The notes beneath the pieces are model-generated. The model was not told where the DNA came from and did not search any database. It saw nothing but the letters and a program-made list of their open reading frames with translations. The position numbers and the translations under genes were made by a program. From an uncultured Clostridia bacterium (lineage in GTDB: Bacteria; Bacillota; Clostridia; Oscillospirales; Ruminococcaceae): a DNA stretch of 64,000 nucleotides. Of this stretch, positions 1-6,891 are shown piece after piece (the first letter of the stretch is position 1; each line of letters opens with the position of its first letter). The DNA is taken from contig CANPZC010000011.1 in the NCBI GenBank assembly GCA_947589355.1, forward strand, positions 7,129 to 71,128, written 5' to 3'.

Positions 1-632
1 TCTTCATTTTGTGCTACTTTTCGGGCTTCCGTAGCAATAGTTGATGCAGCCGACTCAGAATCACTTGCGCCATATGTCAAAATTGGCATTCCTAATATTT
101 GCTCGATAGAACTCTTGATAGATCCGCCACGAACAGAATTCTCATTTAGAAGTTCCTCATATTCAGTAAGCAGTTCACCATCGAAAAGAAAGAAACGGGA
201 TACCTCTTTTGTCATTATTCTTTTAACAAAATGCTCGCTGTCTGCGGGGGATAGAATATTGCCTGATTCGTTTACTTGCAACACCATATGAAGATGATTA
301 TTTGAGGTAGGTTTGTCAACACCGGGCAATACGGCTATTGAACGGACAATGCGATATGCTTTTCCGTTGTTCTCCAAATCAAGTATAACTTTGAATGTGT
401 ATTTTCCTTCGTTCATTCCGGCTTCATTGATAAAAGACAAAAAATTATCAACGTTGCCATCACGATCTTTCACTGTGCCGTTAAGCACGAAATTAAAAGC
501 ATTTAACAGTGTTGTTTTGCCGCGGCCATTCCGTCCCCATACAATGCTGACACCATTTCTCGCTGAAAAATCGACAGATGTTGGATCCTTAAATGGTCCG
601 AAATTCTCGACGGTTATCTTCTTAAACCTCAT
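1..632 (-). CDS. SMC/RecF/DndD-like AAA ATPase, N-terminal part (gene runs off the left edge)
   Basis: Hand translation from ATG at 632 gives MRFKKITVENFGPFKDPTSVDFSARNGVSIVWGRNGRGKTTLLNAF... with Walker A GRNGRGKTT and later RFFLFDGELL. The frame stays open to position 1. GGAGG lies about 9 nt upstream, and the ATG overlaps the stop of the upstream ORF (ATGA). It is absent from the ORF track because there is no stop in the window. Confidence 0.7.
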   Translation of the reverse strand, partial: MRFKKITVENFGPFKDPTSVDFSARNGVSIVWGRNGRGKTTLLNAFNFVLNGTVKDRDGNVDNFLSFINEAGMNEGKYTFKVILDLENNGKAYRIVRSIAVLPGVDKPTSNNHLHMVLQVNESGNILSPADSEHFVKRIMTKEVSRFFLFDGELLTEYEELLNENSVRGGSIKSSIEQILGMPILTYGASDSESAASTIATEARKVAQNE

Positions 633-853
633 TGTTCATCACCTCCGTCAGCTTTAATCTGATTAGAATATTGAATAATCAGTTTTTGCGTTTCACGTTG
701 GCGCCTTGCAGGATCATTTTGATTCTGATTCTGTACATCAATTATCGCGCTAATAACTTCCGCAGGTATATCCGGGTATTTTGCTGCCCGGATACTTTCA
801 AGAGTAGATCTTAATTCATCCAAATTATTCTTCATCTTCTTCATACCCCTCAT
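629..853 (-). CDS. hypothetical small protein (74 aa or shorter, alternative starts at 844 and 835)
   Basis: An ORF wedged between the helicase stop and the ATPase start, with overlaps at both ends. No motif was recognised. Its coding status rests on operon context only. Confidence 0.45.
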   Translation of the reverse strand: MRGMKKMKNNLDELRSTLESIRAAKYPDIPAEVISAIIDVQNQNQNDPARRQRETQKLIIQYSNQIKADGGDEQ

Positions 854-2954
854 TTACTAATTCGTTGTAATTAACTCCAAATTTAAGTGCTATTACTTTT
901 AAGTCCGTGATACATGCAGAACTAAGAGAACTTTTACCAAATTCAATTGCTCTTCCCAGTTCTGAAACCACAATTGATAAGCTCTTATCTTCTTGAGCGC
1001 TTGATTCATGTGGTACTACTATTGCATCATACAAGAACGAAAGATTCTTTCCACTTGATTTTCTCAAAATGCGGCCACGGCGTTGAATGAATTCGCGTGG
1101 GTTCTTTGACGATGCTAAAATAAGCGCGTGTGTTGTAGACGGAATATCCACGCCTTCATCTAAGCACTTTATCGACACAATAACACCGCCGTTTTCCGCA
1201 AAATAACTTAATGTGCTTTCTCTATCGCCGAGCATATCAGCATAATACGCATATGCATCAATACCTTCGTTCCTTATGGCAGTTAGTACCGTCTGCAATT
1301 GTGCTATATCCTCGCAATAAACAAGCCATTTTTGCCCTTCCTTGTAATTCTTCCTCAGAATATCAATTGCAATAGTTACTTTGTTGGCGGCCTTTTTAAG
1401 TATCCTTGCTCTTTCGATCATCATGTGATGCAGAAAAGCATCATCACCTTTCTTTGTATCTCCGCTTCCATGAGACATAGCGAAACGTTTGCTGATTTTC
1501 TTTGTTAACTCATCCCAGTCTGCCTGTTCATCCTGTGTTAGTTCGACACGTTTTGGGTAGTAAAAGTACTCTGTTAAAACACCTTCACGCAAAGCTTTTT
1601 GTAGTGTGTAGGGCGGCTGCAATACAGCCCCAAAATAATCTATGATCGATTGAGTTCCTTCAGGATCACCAAAGCGTTCCGGTGTTGCTGACAACCCAAG
1701 TGCGGATCCATATTTAAGTGCAAAAATTCTACGATGGGTGGGACTTCCCATGTTATGGACCTCGTCAGCTACAACAAAAAGGTGCTCTCCATCGTTTACG
1801 GATCTGATAAACTCCGGCTTTGCCGCTGTGTCCATAATTGCAATAATGATATTGTTGACAGATCCACTCGGTGAAGTCCAAAGAGAAAGATTTCCATTGT
1901 TCTTCCAAGCAATGTTTCCATCTCCACAAAGGAAAACATTAATGTTAATGTCCGTTATTATTCTGCGTATCTCCTTGTTCCAGTGTGCTAAAAGTTCTTT
2001 TGATGGCACCAGAACAAGAACCTTTTTGCCGCGTTCGATCTCATGACGAATAGCAGAGATCGCAATTACCGTTTTCCCACATCCGGTACATCCCTGATAT
2101 ATTGCACGATAGTCAGCATTTTTCCACCCCTCGAGCGCATCTACCTGATGATCTTTCAGTTTGATAATATCGCTGGATTTGTTTGGACGCCACTTTTGCG
2201 CTTTGTCGACGACAACTTTAACCTCATCAAGCAACTGTTCCCAATGATAATCAGCGGTCTTATCTCTGATATATTTTGCCGCAGTTTCCGGCAAATCATG
2301 TATCTCCAAAACATCGTATTCGCCATTCCATACGCGATCGAAGCCAACGAGTATTCCTTTAGAACGTTGAGCATCTTTCCCACCATCCCAGCTTTGGAAA
2401 ACATCTACTGATTCTATATTTCCGTTGTCCGAAAGCCCTTTGAATGTTTCGTTTATTGATCCGCGAAATGCGACAGAATCACCATCTTGATCTATAAATA
2501 TACCGGCTTTATCATGATAGAGACGTTCAATATTCGGATCCTTCCGTTTATTGTCTCTCGCAATTACAAGCTTTATTTCTATAGTTTTATTGGCAATCAA
2601 ACATGCAAATAGTTTTGCTGCCGATGAGATACTATCCTGCTCCATTAATTCAGATAGTTCCTTCTTAAATGATTTCGCAAGCACTTCATCGGTCAACGCT
2701 GCTTTTCCCTCACGAATGGCATCAGCATCTTCTTCTGTTAGGTACGGGGAACAAAGTAATTGCATATGTCCGTTGTTGTTGATGAATTCTTTTAGTGCAC
2801 TCCATGCAATGATATAAATAGTACTTCCAAAATAGCCGGAAATCCTTTTATATATGGAGGCATTTCGCATACATGGTAAATAGAATTCCTTCGCAACGTC
2901 ATCGTTTAATTTGTGGTACGAGCTTTTAAACTCGTATTCTCTTAATTTGCCCAT
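825..2954 (-). CDS. PLD (HKD) nuclease domain fused to an SF2 DEAD/DEAH (ResIII-type) helicase
   Basis: The N-terminal part carries an HKD motif, YHDKAGIFID...GSINET. Helicase motifs follow: I CTGCGKT, II ADEVH, III LSATPER, VI QRRGRILR. ATG at 2954 is preceded by GGAGTGA; the ORF also extends to GTG at 2963, which overlaps the upstream stop. Confidence 0.85.
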   Translation of the reverse strand: MGKLREYEFKSSYHKLNDDVAKEFYLPCMRNASIYKRISGYFGSTIYIIAWSALKEFINNNGHMQLLCSPYLTEEDADAIREGKAALTDEVLAKSFKKELSELMEQDSISSAAKLFACLIANKTIEIKLVIARDNKRKDPNIERLYHDKAGIFIDQDGDSVAFRGSINETFKGLSDNGNIESVDVFQSWDGGKDAQRSKGILVGFDRVWNGEYDVLEIHDLPETAAKYIRDKTADYHWEQLLDEVKVVVDKAQKWRPNKSSDIIKLKDHQVDALEGWKNADYRAIYQGCTGCGKTVIAISAIRHEIERGKKVLVLVPSKELLAHWNKEIRRIITDININVFLCGDGNIAWKNNGNLSLWTSPSGSVNNIIIAIMDTAAKPEFIRSVNDGEHLFVVADEVHNMGSPTHRRIFALKYGSALGLSATPERFGDPEGTQSIIDYFGAVLQPPYTLQKALREGVLTEYFYYPKRVELTQDEQADWDELTKKISKRFAMSHGSGDTKKGDDAFLHHMMIERARILKKAANKVTIAIDILRKNYKEGQKWLVYCEDIAQLQTVLTAIRNEGIDAYAYYADMLGDRESTLSYFAENGGVIVSIKCLDEGVDIPSTTHALILASSKNPREFIQRRGRILRKSSGKNLSFLYDAIVVPHESSAQEDKSLSIVVSELGRAIEFGKSSLSSACITDLKVIALKFGVNYNELVNEGYEEDEE

Positions 2955-2959
2955 AAAAC

Positions 2960-3484
2960 TCACTCCAGTAAAGCTTGAATATCCAACTGTATACGCCGCT
3001 CAATGGCTTTAGTGAGACTTTCCCGCTTTGCGACAACAATTTTTTCCCTATTGCCCTTCTTATAACAGGTAACCACATCTTCCGATAATGCTTGCAGCAT
3101 AGGATCAAGGTAACACTGCAGATTTGCCGAGTAAGCGAATTCCATATGGAAACTTGTATCCCAAAGGACATAAACGCCATCTCTGTCGTTATCAAACGGA
3201 CAAGCATATCCCATTATGAGAGGAATACGATCGTCATCGGTATTGATATGACCGCGCTCACCGCGACCTTGTCCTTCTATGATCATCTGAATTTTATACT
3301 CATCTAATGCACGACCTCCTGGGGGACAGGTACAATTAAATACATAAATTCTCAATTTTCTTCTTGGCATTTTTAAATCAAGCAATAGAGTTTTACTGTT
3401 CATACCAGAGCTCCACACTACTCGATTCCCCAAATCCTCGATTATCAGACCATTTAGTTCTTCTTTGCTAAATCGTGCTGCCAT
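2960..3484 (-). CDS. hypothetical protein, 174 aa, operon partner of the MTases and PLD-helicase
   Basis: A clean ORF with a 12-nt gap to the upstream MTase and a 4-nt overlap with the helicase ORF. No Walker, HKD or MTase motifs. Its core reads RIYVFNCTCPPGGRALDEYKIQ. Confidence 0.7.
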   Translation of the reverse strand: MAARFSKEELNGLIIEDLGNRVVWSSGMNSKTLLLDLKMPRRKLRIYVFNCTCPPGGRALDEYKIQMIIEGQGRGERGHINTDDDRIPLIMGYACPFDNDRDGVYVLWDTSFHMEFAYSANLQCYLDPMLQALSEDVVTCYKKGNREKIVVAKRESLTKAIERRIQLDIQALLE

Positions 3485-3496
3485 AGTTTCACCTCA

Positions 3497-4366
3497 CTAC
3501 CCCTTAACTATAGTTGAGAGACGTTGTTCTGACATAGATACATATTCCGGGAATATGTCAAATCCAATGAACTTTCTATCTAGTACGACAGCTGCTTCTC
3601 CTGTAGTGCCTGAACCAAGCCAAGGGTCAACAACAATATCTCCTATAGAGGTGCAAGCTTTGATATATTTTTCGGGGAGCAAAATGGGTTGAACGGCTTG
3701 GTGCATCGTTTTATTTGGCATCACTCCACATGTAATCACATTCTGAGGCAGCGCACCACGCGGATTTGGCGAAATGCTCTTATTTTTTCTTACATAAGTA
3801 AGCCCGTTCTCTCGTGCTTTATATTCATAATCTTTGTATAGATCCAAACTATGATCTGAATACGGCCTACGTATAGCATCTATGTTTATCTCCCATTTGG
3901 GCGACTTAGAAAACCAAAGGATCTGCTCATATGCATCTTGACATGCAACACGAAGACCGGTTGGTGCAGGGTTACCTTTGACCCATATCTCAATGTCAAC
4001 GCACGAAAAGCCCCATTGCTCTTCTAGCATAATTGCAAGTTTTTCAACAATCAGCGATCTCTTCGACGTTCTGAATGCAGTCTTTTTGCTTCTGTTGGCC
4101 TTTACATTAATTACTAAAAACCCGTCATCAGAAAGCGCAGACTGTGCTCCCTCTATAAAAGGGGTCATAAAATCTAAATAATCATTTTCTTTCCAAACAC
4201 CATAATTTCTTTCCGCATTTGGGTATGGAGGCGATCCATAAATGAGCTTAACAGTTCCTTTTTCTATATCCTTTAGACCGACTGCGCCGTCACAGCAAAG
4301 GAGGCAATAACTTTTATCGTCAAATGTAATCACTGTCATTCCTCCTCTGATATTGAGGCGATCCAT
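3497..4366 (-). CDS. DNA methyltransferase, beta-class N4-cytosine/N6-adenine family (MTase B)
   Basis: Motif IV GSPPYPN lies N-terminal to motif I DPWLGSGTTG. An alternative ATG at 4339 forms an ATGA overlap with the MTase A stop. Confidence 0.9.
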   Translation of the reverse strand: MDRLNIRGGMTVITFDDKSYCLLCCDGAVGLKDIEKGTVKLIYGSPPYPNAERNYGVWKENDYLDFMTPFIEGAQSALSDDGFLVINVKANRSKKTAFRTSKRSLIVEKLAIMLEEQWGFSCVDIEIWVKGNPAPTGLRVACQDAYEQILWFSKSPKWEINIDAIRRPYSDHSLDLYKDYEYKARENGLTYVRKNKSISPNPRGALPQNVITCGVMPNKTMHQAVQPILLPEKYIKACTSIGDIVVDPWLGSGTTGEAAVVLDRKFIGFDIFPEYVSMSEQRLSTIVKG

Positions 4367-5331
4367 GCCTGTCCGAGTTTTTGATAATCAGGGTTAACAT
4401 CAATGCAAAAATACTGTCGTCCATGCTTATGTGCAACAACACCCGTCGTACCAGAACCAGCAAACGGATCTAGTACTATATCTCCAGGGTTACTGCCAGA
4501 AAGGATGAAAAATTCGGCCAGCTTTTCTGGGTAACGAGCAGGATGCTTAATACCCATTTCTTTACAGAGTTTCTGCACAAAACCGTTGCTAGCGGTATTA
4601 CTTACTGAAATTACGCTGCCGGGGTCTGCGCCTCCTTTATTATCCCACGGATGACTTAAATCAAAATTATGTCTGCTTGGACGAGAGTTTTTTTCTCGGC
4701 CTCCACGCTCGACGACTTTTCCATCAATAATATCCATCATGCTTTTGCTGTATGGCTTACGAATTGGATCCATGTTGAATGTCCACTGCTCCGATTTGCT
4801 AAACCAGAAACAGTACTCGTGGGATTTTTTTGTTCTACCCATAGTCCCGCGAGAGAATACGTTTGGAGGTGTTGCAGGATTATGCCAGATATAATCACGA
4901 ACGAGATGAAAGCCGACTTCATCACACAAAACAACGACAAGCTTAAAAACAAATATGTTCTGATATCGTCCATCGAGCTTGTCATTTATATTGAGTACAA
5001 AACTCCCATTCGGTTTTAATACGCGAAAGAATTCTTGTGCTCTTGGCAAAAACCAATCAATATAGTCATCTGGTTTTATTTTCTTTACGACATCACCATA
5101 ATCTTTAATTTGATCTGCGTAGGGAGGTGATGTCATAATTAAATCTATACTGTCATTGGGAACACCGCGCAGCACGTCAAGACAATCCCCACAGATATAT
5201 GCGTCTTGGTATTCCGTTTTCTTGCTATTTTTTGTTTCCATGTCAGTTCTTCCTCTCAAGTCAGCGAAAGAATGTTTTACAATGATCTCGATACTACCAT
5301 ATACTTTGCATGTTTCTTTCAGTTCGTGCAT
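4336..5331 (-). CDS. DNA methyltransferase, beta-class N4-cytosine/N6-adenine family (MTase A)
   Basis: Sequence GDCLDVL...IDLIMTSPPYAD (motif IV) is followed late by DPFAGSGTTG (motif I). An alternative start is M31 at 5241. Confidence 0.9.
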   Translation of the reverse strand: MHELKETCKVYGSIEIIVKHSFADLRGRTDMETKNSKKTEYQDAYICGDCLDVLRGVPNDSIDLIMTSPPYADQIKDYGDVVKKIKPDDYIDWFLPRAQEFFRVLKPNGSFVLNINDKLDGRYQNIFVFKLVVVLCDEVGFHLVRDYIWHNPATPPNVFSRGTMGRTKKSHEYCFWFSKSEQWTFNMDPIRKPYSKSMMDIIDGKVVERGGREKNSRPSRHNFDLSHPWDNKGGADPGSVISVSNTASNGFVQKLCKEMGIKHPARYPEKLAEFFILSGSNPGDIVLDPFAGSGTTGVVAHKHGRQYFCIDVNPDYQKLGQAWIASISEEE

Positions 5332-5466
5332 GAAAATGCCTTCTAACTCAGTTTATCATTTTAACACTATCATATATCCCAAAAACGTGCTTTCATCGGC
5401 AGTTTTTATTTGAATCATTACGAACCGGTTTCATAATGTCAGTGCATTATAGGTTTTCCACAACAC

Positions 5467-5820
5467 TTGCGTATATTATACCACGTTGTTTTGCAAAAGT
5501 CAATATTGTTTGATGAGCGCCTGTGGAAGCTCCAAAAGGAGCTTTTGAAGAAAGCCAATCAGAAAGATGATTATGACGCCGTTGCGAATGAAATACTTCG
5601 GCTTCGTGATATGCGCCGCCAAGCCGAAGTAGACAGCGTTATAAAGGACGAGCAGATGAAACAGATAAACGACCTGCAAGACTTCATAAATAGCCGGCCT
5701 ACTACCATAACGGAGTTTGATGAGGCGCTTGTAAGAAGGCTGATTGAAAAAATCACGGTGTTTGAGGATAGGTTTGCCGTGAGGTTTAAGTCGGGCGTTA
5801 CAATCGATATTGAAACATAA
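5467..5820 (+). pseudogene. 3'-terminal remnant of a large serine recombinase gene (coiled-coil plus C-terminal tail only)
   Basis: The 117 codons end in ...ITEFDEALVRRLIEKITVFEDRFAVRFKSGVTIDIET. This is the typical extreme C-terminus of Firmicute large serine recombinases. No resolvase catalytic or recombinase domain lies upstream, because the upstream space is taken by the MTase operon promoter region. Confidence 0.6.
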
Positions 5821-5866
5821 AAAACACAAGCATCACAGAGCGAAATTCTGGGATGCTTGTTTTTAC
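5814..5866. terminator. bidirectional Rho-independent terminator between convergent ORFs
   Basis: A 9-bp stem acaagcatc/gatgcttgt has T-runs on both strands (TTTT on plus, TTTTTT on minus). Confidence 0.6.
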
Positions 5867-5867
5867 T

Positions 5868-6674
5868 TTACTTCCAGTGCGAAAAAGGCTTAATATCAAT
5901 TATACTTGTCGGTGGAATGTGAACTCCGTTTTTCATAAGAAGAATATGCTCAGACAGCCCACAAAAAGCTGTATCATAAGCCATGATAAGATACTTCAAG
6001 ACTTTATCTTTATCACTCTGCTCTTCATCACCGTCAAAAACAATATCACTGCCTTTAACGTGAGCCGTGATTTCATAAGGAAAATGCGATTGCTCCCACT
6101 CTCCAGATAAATTTAATCTTAACAGGTTGTCAATATTCCATATTATTTCAGGACGGCGATGAACTTGACCAAGATACGGCATACTTTTATCTACAGATAG
6201 AAAACCACATGTGGTGTAATCGTAATAAAACTTTCTGCCAATTAACCAGCATAAATGCTCTTGTGTTTCTGTCATTGGGCATTTTTCTGGACAAAAAGTA
6301 ATATCATATGTCTTCCCATTGCAAGTCAACAATTTGTTATCTAAATTCAAAGTCACACCGTGCTGATCTAAAAAAATTCTAATTTCTGATTCTTTGCAGA
6401 GATATGCATGTTTTAAATCAAAAATTCCATATTTCTTTATTGATGCACATTCATTTGCACTTGTTGTTACATGAAAATATATAAAATCAAAATCAAGATA
6501 GTTCTTTGAAAATTGTCCATAAGTTTTAATTACATCTTCAACTAAATCACCTGTATATCTATATTCTCCTTCACGTCCAACATATTTTTTCCAAGTCGAG
6601 ATATCAACGCCGCTTAATTCTACTAATGTTTTGCGGGCATTTTCAGACGACCTGATATCGTATTTTTTTATCAT
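5868..6674 (-). CDS. hypothetical protein, 268 aa, orphan AT-rich gene
   Basis: A long clean ORF with GGAGGTG 9 nt upstream of the ATG and its own terminator. No family was recognised with confidence. Confidence 0.7.
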   Translation of the reverse strand: MIKKYDIRSSENARKTLVELSGVDISTWKKYVGREGEYRYTGDLVEDVIKTYGQFSKNYLDFDFIYFHVTTSANECASIKKYGIFDLKHAYLCKESEIRIFLDQHGVTLNLDNKLLTCNGKTYDITFCPEKCPMTETQEHLCWLIGRKFYYDYTTCGFLSVDKSMPYLGQVHRRPEIIWNIDNLLRLNLSGEWEQSHFPYEITAHVKGSDIVFDGDEEQSDKDKVLKYLIMAYDTAFCGLSEHILLMKNGVHIPPTSIIDIKPFSHWK

Positions 6675-6683
6675 ATGCCATTA

Positions 6684-6791
6684 CACCTCCGACATCCAAA
6701 CCACAGCTTCAACCCCACCCCAACAACATCCAACCCGCCTACTCAACCCTCTGACATCTTAACAGCCTACCCAACCCTCCAACCAAAACGG
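6684..6791. repeat. C/A-rich (G/T-rich on minus strand) low-complexity tract with repeated CAACCC(T) motifs
   Basis: TAC(T/C)CAACCCTC occurs twice, 28 nt apart. The minus strand reads GGTTGGAGGGTTGGGTAGG...GGGGTGGGG. There is no ORF. It lies immediately upstream of the 268-aa gene. Confidence 0.6.
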
Positions 6792-6891
6792 TTGATATGT
6801 TCCGACAGAGCAGTTTTCACAGTTAATTCACCTCATTAGAACTACCGCCCAAATGCCCAAAAATCTCGTAAATATATCACTTTTTCGGCAA

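Larger units (their letters stand above)
1..6891. mobile_element. AT-richer accessory island (defence cargo plus serine-recombinase remnant) abutting the 3' end of rlmD/rumA; left boundary lies outside the window
   Basis: Composition looks clearly more AT-rich than the flanking core genes. The content is defence-type genes, a truncated recombinase tail and an orphan gene. The core synteny block starts at 6892. Confidence 0.5.

Noticed and set aside
313-657. 114-aa plus-strand ORF at the left edge
   Set aside because: It lies antisense to a much better minus-strand reading frame (Walker A ATPase). Its sequence is low-complexity and it has no RBS.
5467-5820. 117-aa ORF as an intact small gene
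   Set aside because: The sequence is recognisable only as the C-terminal tail of large serine recombinases. It begins with a non-ATG start without an RBS, so it is treated as a remnant.
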